DNA from: Lytechinus pictus
Lineage: Eukaryota
Assembly (NCBI RefSeq): GCF_037042905.1
Contig: NC_087251.1
Span: 28,708,001-28,772,000 of the forward strand
DNA length: 64,000 nt
Direction: 5' to 3'
Position 1 is the stretch's first letter. Every line of letters begins with the position of its first letter. Below, one piece after another: positions 52,330 to 64,000 of this stretch. The notes under the pieces are model-generated. The model was given only the letters and a program-made list of their open reading frames with translations, ran no database searches and was not told the origin of the DNA. The position numbers and the translations under genes are program-made.

Positions 52330-53419
52330 AAAAACGAAAGAAAATGAAGGAGAGGAAAAGTGGTGACGAATCTAACTCAAGTAGCAAGAAAAAAGTGGAC
52401 AAATATGAGGGATAGCTTCCTAAATAACCGAAAGAAAATGAAGGAGAGGAAAAGTAGTGACGGATCTCACTCAAGTAGCAAGAAAGAAGTGGACAAATAT
52501 GAGGGATAGCTTCCTAAAAAAACAAAAGAAAATGAAGGAGAGGTAAAGTGGTGACGGATCTCACTCAAGTAGCAAGAAAAAAGTGGACAAATATGAGGGA
52601 TAGCTTCCTAAAATATCGAAAGAAAATGAAGGAGAGGAAAAGTAGTGACAGATCTCACTCAAGTAGCGAGAAAGAAGTGGACAAATATGAGGGATAGCTT
52701 CGTAAAATATCGAAAGAAAATGAAGGAGAGGAAAAGTAGTGACGGATCTCACTCAAGTAGCAAGAAAGAAGTGGACAAATATGAGGGATAGCTTCCTAAA
52801 ATATCGAAAGAAAATGAAGGAGAGGAAAAGTGGTGACAGATCTCACTCAAGTAGCAAGAAAGAAGTGGACAAATATGAGGGATAGCTTCCTAAAATATCC
52901 AAAAAAATGACGGAGAGGAAAAGTAGTGACGGATCTCACTCAAGTAGCTAGAAAGAAGTGGACAAATATGAGGGATAGCTTCCTAAAATATCGAAAGAAA
53001 ATGAAGGAGAGGAAAAGTAGTGACGGATCTCACTCAAGTAGCAAGAAAGAAGTGGACAAATATGAGGGATAGCTTCCTAAAATATCAAAAAAAATGACGG
53101 AGAGGAAAAGTAGTGACGGATCTCACTCAAGTAGCTAGAAAGAAGTGGACAAATATGAGGGATATCTTCCTAAAATATCGAAAGAAAATGAAGGAGTCAA
53201 AAAGTGGTGACGGAGCTCACTCAAGTAGCAAGAAAGAAGTGGACAAATATGAGGGATAGCTTCCTAAAATATCGAAAGAAAATGAAGGAGAGGAAAAGTA
53301 GTGACGGATCTCACTCAAGTAGCGAGGAAGAAGTGGACAAATATGAGGGATAGTTTCCTAAAATATCGAAAGAAAATGGAGAGGAAAAGTAGTGACGGAT
53401 CTCACTTAAGTAGCGAGAA

Positions 53420-53570
53420 AGAAGTGGACAAATATGAGGGATAGCTTCCTAAAAAAACGAAAGAAAATGAAGGAGTCAAAAAGTGGTGACGGAGCTCAAT
53501 CAAGTACAGCACGTAATTACAAGAACAGTGAGACAATGGAATTCTTAGTTCCCCACATACATAATCGAAA
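53420..53570 (+). pseudogene. 3' part of a MADF (Myb/SANT-like) domain exon, source of the 94-bp repeat
   Basis: KWTNMRDSFLKKRKKMKESKSGDGAQSSTARNYKNSETMEFLVPHIHNR then |GTGAGT donor. This matches the MADF W.N.RD.F...SG.G...M.FL pattern. Confidence 0.8.
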
Positions 53571-54089
53571 GTGAGTTATTCATTATTTTGTTATCTTATC
53601 ACAGGGAAGAGAGAATATGATTTATACACAAAAACCATTGAAATCACTTCTTGCAAAGCCCTAAAAAGGCTTCTGTTTTGCCAAGCTACTGCACCAGATG
53701 GAAACATCGGATGGTCTTTGCCTGCCGGATGGTATCTGAGCACAGCATTTTTTGCCATGCCATAGGCCGTGGAAACGGGAAAATGGCATGCTGTACCGTA
53801 TCTCGTGAAGGAATGTTTTGCCGAATCGCCGTGCTATTTCTTTTCATTTATTTTTTTAAAGGAGTAATTTATCTCTCAAAAGGAAAAGCAATGAAAAAGT
53901 CATCTTGATTCAAAGAGACAACATTTTTTTTAACATGATACAGTCATGCCTAATACTATGAGAGATGGTAGGTCTGTAAACACTTCTATGAGCACTTTGT
54001 CAAAAAAAATAGAGAACAATCTCTGATTATGTTTCGACCAACGAGCAAATACAAAGATAGCAAATCTGACAGGGGAAAAGGCAATGAAT

Positions 54090-54330
54090 TTAGCATTGTG
54101 GACTGCTCATGTTATCCTTATCTCAATGACTGGATAAAATTCTTACCCAGACAATGTAAGAGTTAATCATCGGGTCTAGACTCCAACTGGAGACCGCATA
54201 TGAAAAGTTTCTTCCATACTTCAGCTGGGTCCAAATCAAATTCAATAGAAGTTTGAACATCCTACTATTATGTCTAATGTAATCACCGAAATCCTGATTC
54301 TGACATCATTCAAGGGCAAGCTAAGATGCC
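54090..54330 (+). mobile_element. Possible highly decayed LTR-retrotransposon aspartic protease remnant
   Basis: Joining frames gives AL.D..AHVILIS, TPTGDRI and FEHPTIMSNVITEILI, the order expected for LVDTGA..SLIS...TG...F.H.F.V....ILG. Several indels are needed. Confidence 0.35.
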
Positions 54331-54881
54331 GATATCAACCCCAATCCAGACATCAGTACCAACACCCTTCGTATAACCGACCTACTGGTACCCCAAAGTC
54401 TGAAAGCACACATAGGCCATCTGTCTCAAGATGTCTTCAAGCTCAGAAAAGAATTTTAAAAATCTTCAAATCGGATCAAGCTACAAGATGTGGAAATGGT
54501 TCCAACATGGAAGGAAAAAGCTACCAGAGTATGGAAACAGCTGCATTACCCTAAATTTCTATTCAGGATCTGCCAAAAATTTGATTAGTATGAATTTGGG
54601 TAATCAATTACTGCCGACTTGCAAAAAGCCATTTAGATCATATGAATGGTCAATGTTTACTCCTAGGTCTAACACAGACTCTATCTGTCCTCAAAAAAGT
54701 TTTCATCTGAGCCGGGTGTCCCAGTAACCAGCCTTTGAACCAGTAAGTACAAGTCACAAGAAATGTGTTAGGAAGGCATGCATATAGAAGTTGAAGGAAG
54801 AGTATGTATTTGGGAACTTTTGTTATCTATTCCTTATGATTGATCACACCTATTATTTGTAAATTTATAATTTTTACTATA

Positions 54882-55720
54882 CAGTGCGTCCCAGAAAAAA
54901 GGAAACCGTGATTCCCATGTCTTTTTTATTCAAAGGCAAATGAATTATGATATCTAATTTACATAATCATATAATTCAGTTATTCCTCTTTATTTCGATA
55001 CCTAATATGTGACAAACATTTCATGCGTTAATGAGCAAAACGAGCTTGAAATTTCAATGTCAAAACCAGGTTGTGCAGAAAAATTGGACGAGATTGGTTC
55101 ATGATATGACGAACGTGAACGTGCTTATTCGATAATTGGCTCATAAGCATTTCTTTTTTAAATTTTGTTAAGATTTTCTCACTGATCCCTGAAATGAGAA
55201 AGGATTCAGATTCACATGTGAGTTTTTGCGCAAATCGTTACTGATATGCCTCAATATTTATTGTTTGTCATCTGCCATGCGTGAATGATTTGATAAGCTG
55301 TTGGTCTCAAATTAGAGATAATAATAATAATAATAATAGGCATTTATATGGCGCCATCTATCTAGAAATATTCTATTCCGAGGCGCGTTGTTATTATTAT
55401 GATTACCCCGGCTTTAGCTTGAGCTGCCTTTCAGCGCTAATGCATTCAAGGAATTAATCCTGCCGGGTACCCATTCACCTCACCTGGGTCTAGTGCAGCA
55501 CAATGTGGATAAATTACTTGCTGAAGGAAATTACGCCATGGCTGGGATTCAAACCACGACCCTCTGTTTCTAAGTCAGAAGACTTATCCACTGGGCCACA
55601 ACACTCCACTGAGATGAGATTCCACTCTTGCCATGAGTATCAAATTTATAGTAAAAACATATTCAATAATTGTGAAATCTATCTCTGAAAATGGGTTTCC
55701 TTTTTTTGTGGGATGCACTC
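54882..55720. mobile_element. Tc1/mariner-type MITE carrying a SINE insertion
   Basis: TA|CAGTGCGTCCCAGAAAAAAGGAAACC ... GGTTTCCTTTTTTTGTGGGATGCACTC|TA. Confidence 0.82.
55318..55607 (-). mobile_element. Full-length tRNA-derived SINE with (TTA)n tail
   Basis: Minus strand GGAGTGTTGTGGCCCAGTGG (A box) ... GGTTTGAATCC (B box) ... CCCAGGTGAGGTGAATGGGTACC ... (ATT)n tail. Confidence 0.9.
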
Positions 55721-57866
55721 TATGTATTTATCAGTTGATACATCTCTGTGAAGATTGTATCATATTTTGATTCCTTAATGAAACACATAATTTTTTTTTT
55801 TTTAAATTACAAGTCACACGCCTAATGGGAAGCAGATTCAAGGCAGTTAGATTAACAACAGTCATTGACGACATATGCTCCATCAAATGATGAATACTAT
55901 CACACTGAGATGACATAACTAATTGAACAGAGGACCACTTATCCTGTAATAAGTATAGTTTTGAATATGTAATCTACTATTCGCTTGGGCAGCTCAGGAA
56001 GTGGCATTTGGATCTTGACTTTTGTGAATGATTTTGTGCCACGACAGAACAGGAGACACCCGCGATTTTAATCAGCAATATTATTTTGATGAACGAATTA
56101 TTGATTTAACAGAGGACTATGATATTTTTCTTGATTGAACAGACATCCAAAATGATATCGCATGATGATAACCTAGTTGATTATTTGACAGAAGATACCC
56201 TGCAAACAGTTAGCATTTTTAGAGACCTCACCATATGAATGGGCTTGAGTTAACTATAAGTTATTTTGTTTGGCATGATTTATCTACTTTGTGGACACTA
56301 GAAATTGGACCATTTCTTCAGACGTGAATATCATTTTGCTGCTTATGATACATTGGTAAATTATCTCTATTATAATAACATTCAATTAGTAACCAAAGGC
56401 TGAATTACATAAAATTGTAAAGAGTAAAATTTCAATATGAATATGGACAAAAAAGATAATAGAAAAATATACATCAAGATACCGTATAATTGGGAAAATG
56501 GACACCAAAAAATCCCCTTGACAAGGAAGTTTGAAACATTGGTGCTTCAGAGACTCAGTTAATTTGGTAAAATGTGTTTACTGTTGGAATTCTTTGTATC
56601 TTGTCTACTTGCCCCCTTCCCAGGTAGGCGCTTCGAGATTTTCCTACCATACATGTAACCCAGCTGCATGGATGATATTTCCTGAGTGAAGTCTCCCGTC
56701 CTTTGCTTCTTTGAAGATATTCCATGTTTATTCTGCACTCCAGTAAAAAGAGTTCAGTCTCTGATTGTTCCGAGACACATGTTGAGATGTGATGTTGTCA
56801 AGCTGCAACCTGCAATCACAAAAATAAATAAACATATGAAATAATGCTGCTAAAAAATGACACTAAATCTGAACAATAATATCTTGTTAATTTATCATTT
56901 GGACCACTGAAAATAAGACACAAATGACTTTTTCAGGCAGGAGTTCTACATACAGGTTTCGATAGTAATTTATTTTCTATAGAAGCAACCTGGGCAAATA
57001 GCCATTAAACATGAATAAGTTTGGTTATCATCAAAGCACAAAGGCCATAGTTACATAATTTTTATGTGATTACTAGACTGCACTTATTCAATGAACAAGG
57101 TTATGATATAACCTTGTTCTCTGTTAGTACTCCATGTGTGGCAAAATAAGGTTGGCAAAGTTTGGCTATTTTCTCTTTTTCTTTGGAACAAATGCTTGAT
57201 TGTTTGACACTGTCAGATTCCATTACAGCTAATCATCATATAACTTGGCTCTTAACTAAGTTTGATTCTTTTAATTATTTTTTCTAAATTAAAAAAAAGG
57301 TTTAAATTAATGCCACATTACTTTCCACCAATAAAGGGCGTACACAAAAATATGCCCAAAATTCAAGTTGGTGAATAAAAAAATTATTCCCAAGTTACTA
57401 ATGAAAAATATAAATTGCAACTGTCATGACTGTATGGAAATTAGTATTTTGGGTCACAAAAGTTTTATTTTAATGATTTTTAAAGTGTGTGTTGTGTACT
57501 GCATTGGCATACCATAGTCCTACCTGTAGATTCCCCACAGGCAGGATGGTTGCAGTGAGCAAGTGCTAGACTGTAGGTTTTATGAAATGGACCCTGTACT
57601 TACATTTGTATCGTGCATATACATTTTTTTAAAAAATAAGTGTAACCTTGTAATCTTCAGCATAACACCTGTTTTTTTTTCTTTTGATTCAAACCAACCT
57701 TTTTAGGGGTGCTGGATTTCCCTTTTAAATTTTTTGCTTGTTTAATTTGTCAAGTTTATTCAAATCTTTGGGTGGAATGCTCATTGTATCCAGTTGGATA
57801 TTTGAGCTGGATGTCCCTGTACAAACCCTTTGTGAATTTCACAATTAAGTAGTTAAAGCGACCTTT

Positions 57867-60800
57867 AACCCCCCCAAATCAGCCGTCTTCGCTCCCTGGG
57901 ATGTTTTAGCATCCTAACCGATTATTACAGCGAGAATCAAGAGGATCCAGAGAGTTTGAATTTTCGACCCCCTCGCCCCACCCGCGACATGGAAAATTGG
58001 GCAAAATTGTGCAAAATTGAGCAAAATAATATTTGTTCAATATTTCCCCCGAAACCCCCCCAAATCAGCCGTCTTCTCTCCTTGGGATGTTTTAGCATCC
58101 TAACCGATTATTACAGCGAGAATCAAGAGGATCCAGGGAGTTTGAATTTTCGACCCCCTCGCCCAACCCGCAACATGGAAAATTGGCCAAAATTGAGATA
58201 AAAATAATATTTGTTCAACATTTCCCCCGAAACCCCCCCAAATCAGCCGTCTTCGCTCCCTGGGATGTTTAAGCATCCTAACCGATTATTACAGCGAGAT
58301 TCAAGAGGATCCAGGGAGTTTGAATTTTCGACCCCCTCGCCCCACCCGCGACATTAAAAATTGGGCAAAATGGGCCAAAATTGAGGAAAATAATATTTGT
58401 TCAATATTTCCCCCGAAACCCCCCCAAATCAGCCGTCTTCGCTCCCTGGGATGTTTAAGCATCCTAACCGATTATTACAGCGAGATTCAAGAGGATCCAG
58501 GTTGTTTGAATTTTCGACCCCCTCGCCCCACCCGCGACATGGAAAATTGGGCAAAATTGGCCAAAATTGAGCAAAATAATATTTGTTCAATATTTCCCCC
58601 GAAACCCCCCCAATCAGCCGTCTTTGCTCCCTGGGATGTTTTAGCATCCTAACCGATTATTACAGCAAGAATCAAGAGGATCCAGGGAGTTTGAATTTTC
58701 GACCCCATTGCCCCACCCTCGACATGGAAAATTGGGCAAAATTGGCCAAAATTGAGCAAAATAATATTTGTTTAATATTTCCCCCGAAACCCCCCCAAAT
58801 CAGCCGTCTTCGCTCCCTGGGATGTTTTAGCATCCTAACCGATTATTACAGTGAGAATCAAGAGAATCAAGAGGATCCAGGGAGTAAGAATTTTCGACCC
58901 CCTCGCCCCACCCGCGACATGGAAAATTGGGCAAAATTTGCCAAAATTGAGCAAAATAATATTTGTTCAATATTTCCCCCTAAACCCCCCCAAATCAGCC
59001 GTCCTCGCTTCCTGGGATGTTTTAGCATCCTAACCGATTATTACAGCGAGAATCAAGAGGATCCAGGGAGTTTGAATTTTCGACCCGCTCGCCCCACCCG
59101 CGACATGAAAAATTTGGCAAAATTGGCCAAAATTGAGGAAAATAATATTTGTTCAATATTTCCCCCGAAACTCCCCCAAATCAGCCGTCTTCGCTCCCTG
59201 GGATGTTTAAGCATCCTAACCGATTATTACAGCGAGATTCAAGAGGATCCAGGGAGTTTGAATTTTCGACCCCCTCGCCCCACCCGCGACATGGAAAATT
59301 GGGCAAAATGGGCCAAAATTAAGGAAAATAATATTTGTTCAATATTTCCCCCGAAACCCCCCCAAATCAGCCGTCTTCGCTCCCTGGGATGTTTAAGCAT
59401 CCTAACCGATTATTACAGCGAGATTCAAGAGGATCCAGGGAGTTTGAATTTTCGACCCCCTCGCCCCACACGCGACATGGAAAATTGGGCAAAATTTGCC
59501 AAAATTGAGCAAAATAATATTTGTTCAATATTACCCCCTAAACCCCCCCAAATCAGCCGTCCTCGCTTCCTGGGATGTTTTAGTATCCTAACCGATTATT
59601 ACAGCGAGAATCAAGAGGATCCAGGGAGTTTGAATTTTCGACCCCCTCGCCCCACCCGCGACATGAAAAATTGGGCAAAATTGGCCAAAATTGAGCAAAA
59701 TAATATTTGTTCAATATTTCCCCCGAAACCCCCCCAATCAGCCGTCTTTGCTCCCTGGGATGTTTTAGCATCCTAACCGATTATTACAGCGAGTTTCAAG
59801 AGGATCCGGGGAGTTTGAATTTTCGACCCCCTCGCCCCACCCGCGACATGGAAAATTGGGCAAAATTTGCCAAAATTGAGCAAAATAATATTTGTTCAAT
59901 ATTTCCCCCGAAACCCCCCAAAATCAGCCGTCTTTGCTCCCTGGGATGTTTTAGCATCCTAACCGATTATTACAGCGAGAATCAAGAGGATCCAGGAAGT
60001 CTGAATTTTCGACCCCCTCGCCAAACCCTCGACTTGGAAAATTGGGCAAAATTGTGCAAAATTGAGCAAAATAATATTTGTTCAATATTTCCCCCGAAAC
60101 CCCCCCAAATCAGCCGTCCTCGCTTCCTGGGATGTTTTAGCATCCTAACCGATTATTACAGCGAGAATCAAGAGGATCCAGGGAGTTTGAATTTTCGACC
60201 CGCTCGCCCCACCCGCGACATGAAAAATTTGGCAAAATTGGCCAAAATTGAGCAAAATAATATTTGTTCAACATTTCCCCGAAACCCCCCCAAATCAGCC
60301 GTCTTCGCTCCCTGGGATGTTTTAGCATCCTAACCGATTATTACAGCGAGAATCAAGAGGATCCAGAGAGTTTGAATTTTCGACCCCCTCGCCCCACCCG
60401 CGACATGGAAAATTGGGCAAAATTGTGCAAAATTGAGCAAAATAATATTTGTTCAATATTTCCCCCGAAACCCCCCCAAATCAGCCGTCCTCGCTTCCTG
60501 GGATGTTTTAGCATCCTAACCGATTATTACAGCGAGAATCAAGAGGATCCAGGGAGTTTGAATTTTCGACCCGCTCGCCCCACCCGCGACATGGAAAATT
60601 GGCCAAAATTGGCCAAAATTGAGCAAAATAATATTTGTTCAATATTTCCCCCGAAACCCCCCCAATCAGCCGTCTTTGCTCCCTGGGATGTTTTAGCATC
60701 CTAACCGATTATTACAGCGGGAATCAACAGGATCCAGGGAGTTTGAACTTTCGACCCCATTGCCCCACCCTCGACATGGAAAATTGGGCAAAATTGGCCA

Positions 60801-63800
60801 AAATTGAGCAAAATAATATTTGTTTAATATTTCCCCCGAAACCCCCCCAAATCAGCCGTCTTCGCAACCTGGGATGTTTTAGCATCCTAACCGATTATTA
60901 CAGTGAGAATCAAGAGAATCAAGAGGATCCAGGGAGTAAGAATTTTCGACCCCCTCGCCCCACCTGCGACATGGAAAATTGGGCAAAATTTGCCAAAATT
61001 GAGCAAAATAATATTTGTTCAATATTACCCCCTAAACCCCCCCCCAAATCAGCCGTCCTCGCTTCCTGGGATGTTTTAGTATCCTAACCGATTATTACAG
61101 CGAGAATCAAGAGGATCCAGGGAGTTTGAATTTTCGACCCCCTCGCCCCACCCGCGACATGAAAAATTGGGCAAAATTGGCCAAAATTGAGCAAAATAAT
61201 ATTTGTTCAATATTTCCCCCGAAACCCCCCCAATCAGCCGTCTTTGCTCCCTGGGATGTTTTAGCATCCTAACCGATTATTACAGCGAGAATCAAGAGGA
61301 TCCAGGGAGTTTGAATTTTCGACCCCATTGCCCCACCCGCGACATGGAAAATTGGGCAAAATTGGCCAAAATTGAGCAAAATAATATTTGTTCAACATTT
61401 CCCCCGAAACCCCCCCAAATCAGCCGTCTTCGCTCCCTGGGATGTTTTAGCATCCTAACCGATTATTACAGCGAGAATCAAGAGGATCCAGAGAGTTTGA
61501 ATTTTCGACCCCCTCGCCCCACCCGTGACATGGAAAATTGGGCAAAATTGTGCAAAATTGAGCAAAATAATATTTGTTCAATATTTCCCCCGAAACCCCC
61601 CCAAATCAGCCGTCCTCGCTTCCTGGGATGTTTTAGCATCCTAACCGATTATTACAGCGAGAATCAAGAGGATCCAGGGAGTTTGAATTTTCGACCCGCT
61701 CGCCCCACCCGCGACATGAAAAATTGGGCAAAATTGGCCAAAATTGAGCAAAATAATATTTGTTCAACATTTCCCCCGAAACCCCCCCAAATCAGCCGTC
61801 TTCGCTCCCTGGGATGTTTTAGCATCCTAACCGATTATTACAGCGAGAATCAAGAGGATCCAGAGAGTTTGAATTTTCGACCCCCTCGCCCCACCCGCGA
61901 CATGGAAAATTGGGCAAAATTGGCCAAAATTGAGCAAAATAATATTTGTTCAATATTTCCCCCTAAACCCCCCCAAATCAGCCGTCCTTGCTTCCTGGGA
62001 TGTTTTAGCATCCTAACCGATTATTACAGCGAGAATCAAGAGGATCCAGGGAGTTTGAATTTTCGACCCCCTCGCCCCACCCGCGACATGAAAAATTGGG
62101 CAAAATTGGCCAAAATTGAGCAAAATAATATTTGTTCAATATTTCCCCCGAAACCCCCCCAATCAGCCGTCTTTGCTCCCTGGGTTGTTTTAGCATCCTA
62201 ACCGATTATTACAGCGAGAATCAAGAGGATCCAGGGAGTTTGAATTTTCGACCCCATTGCCCCACCCGCGACATGGAAAATTGGGCAAAATTGGCCAAAA
62301 TTGAGCAAAATAATATTTGTTCAACATTTCCCCCGAAACCCCCCCAAATCAGCCGTCTTCGCTCCCTGGGATGTTTTAGCATACTAACCGATTATTACAG
62401 TGAAAATCAAGAGAATCAAGAGGATCCAGGGAGTAAGAATTTTCGACCCCCTCGCCCCACCCGCGACATGGAAAATTGGGCAAAATTTGCCAAAATTGAG
62501 CAAAATAATATTTGTTCAATATTTCCCCCTAAACCCCCCCAAATCAGCCGTCCTTGCTTCCTGGGATGTTTTAGCATCCTAACCGATTATTACAGCGAGA
62601 ATCAAGAGGATCCAGGGAGTTTGAATTTTCGACCCCCTCGCCCCACCCGCGACATGAAAAATTGGGCAAAATTGGCCAAAATTGAGCAAAATAATATTTG
62701 TTCAATATTTCCCCCGAAACCCCCCCAATCAGCCGTCTTTGCTCCCTGGGTTGTTTTAGCATCCTAACCGATTATTACAGCGAGAATCAAGAGGATCCAG
62801 GGAGTTTGAATTTTCGACCCCATTGCCCCACCCGCGACATGGAAAATTGGGCAAAATTGGCCAAAATTGAGCAAAATAATATTTGTTCAACATTTCCCCC
62901 GAAACCCCCCCAAATCAGCCGTCTTCGCTCCCTGGGATGTTTTAGCATCCTAACCGATTATTACAGCGAGAATCAAGAGGATCCAGAGAGTTTGAATTTT
63001 CGACCCCCTCGCCCCACCCGCGACATGGAAAATTGGGCAAAATTGGCCAAAATTGAGCAAAATAATATTTGTTCAATATTTCCCCCGAAACCCCCCCAAA
63101 TCAGCCGTCCTCGCTTCCTAGGATGTTTTAGCATCCTAACCGATTATTACAGTGAAAATCAAGAGAATCAAGAGGATCCAGGGAGTAAGAATTTTCGACC
63201 CCCTCGCCCCACCCGCGACATGGAAAATTGGGCAAAATTTGCCAAAATTGAGCAAAATAATATTTGTTCAATATTTCCCCCTAAACCCCCCCAAATCAGC
63301 CGTCCTCGCTTCCTGGGATGTTTTAGCATCCTAACCGATTATTACAGCGAGAATCAAGAGGATCCAGGGAGTTTGAATTTTCGACCCCCTCGCCCCACCC
63401 GCGACATGAAAATTTGGGCAAAATTGGCCAAAATTGAGCAAAATAATATTTGTTCAATATTTCCCCCGAAACCCCCCCAATCAGCCGTCTTTGGTCCCTG
63501 GGATGTTTTAGCATCCTAACCGATTATTACAGCGAGAATCAAGAGGATCCAGGGAGTTTGAATTTTCGACCCCATTGCCCCACCCGCGACATGGAAAATT
63601 GGCCAAAATTGAGCAAAATAATATTTGTTCAACATTTCCCCCGAAACCCCCCCAAATCAGCCGTCTTCGCTCCCTGGGATGTTTTCGCATCCTAATCGAT
63701 TATTACAGTGAGAATCAAGAGGATCCAGGGAATTTGAATTTTCGACCCCCTCGCCCCACCCGCGACATGGAAAATTGGGCAAAATTGGCCAAAATTGAGC

Positions 63801-64000
63801 AAAATATTATTTGTTCAATATTTTCCCCGAAACCCCCCCAAATCAGCCGTCTTCGCTCCCTGGAATGTTTTAGCATCCTAACCGATTATTACAGCGAGAA
63901 TCATGAGGATCCAGGGAGTTTGAATTTTCGACCCCCTCGCCCCACCCGCGACATGAAAAATTTGGCAAAATTGAGCAAAATAATATTTGTTCAATATTTC
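57867..64000. repeat. 186-bp satellite DNA, ~33 monomers in window, running off the right edge
   Basis: The ORF track shows a 62-codon period. There is one GGATCC per monomer and the copies are highly homogeneous. Confidence 0.98.

Larger units (their letters stand above)
46829..53500 (+). repeat. 94-bp minisatellite (19 GTGGAC landmarks: 7 in 46829-47437, 12 in 52330-53500), split by a 4.9-kb insertion
   Basis: GTGGAC at 46843, 46937, 47031... (period 94). The array resumes in register at 52335. Confidence 0.95.

Noticed and set aside
55530..55607. tRNA gene
   Set aside because: A and B boxes are present, but the sequence continues into a SINE body and (TTA)n tail, with a second partial copy at 42.5 kb.
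58583..63519. 200-400-aa repetitive ORFs
   Set aside because: By-product of a 186-bp satellite, with recurrent frameshifting indels and no start or splice context.

Overview
Repeat-rich, non-prokaryotic DNA from an AT-rich animal genome. The SINE, LINE and GCTCGCGCTTCGCGCTCGC repeat styles suggest an echinoderm such as a sea urchin (inference). No complete protein-coding gene is visible. The window is bracketed by two satellites: a 27-bp G-run minisatellite (1 to ~15990) and a 186-bp satellite (57867 to the end). Their long ORFs are artefacts of unit lengths divisible by 3. The ~42 kb between them holds nested mobile elements: CR1, RTE and L2-like LINE pieces, a tRNA-SINE, Tc1/mariner and hAT MITEs, two long-TIR TAGTC...GACTA elements with TAC target duplications (Academ-like), and Helentron-associated (HINE/DINE-like) elements. 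Three things stand out. (1) A ~2.67-kb unit triplicated in tandem (28223-36246) is a patchwork of short, same-strand coding fragments from different transposon superfamilies with no termini seen, downstream of a TATA/CpG-rich promoter-like segment. (2) A 94-bp minisatellite derives from a MADF-domain exon. (3) A 4.9-kb composite Helentron-type insertion sits inside that minisatellite and carries two in-phase exon-like segments. All protein-family calls come from my own reading of motifs, not database searches.
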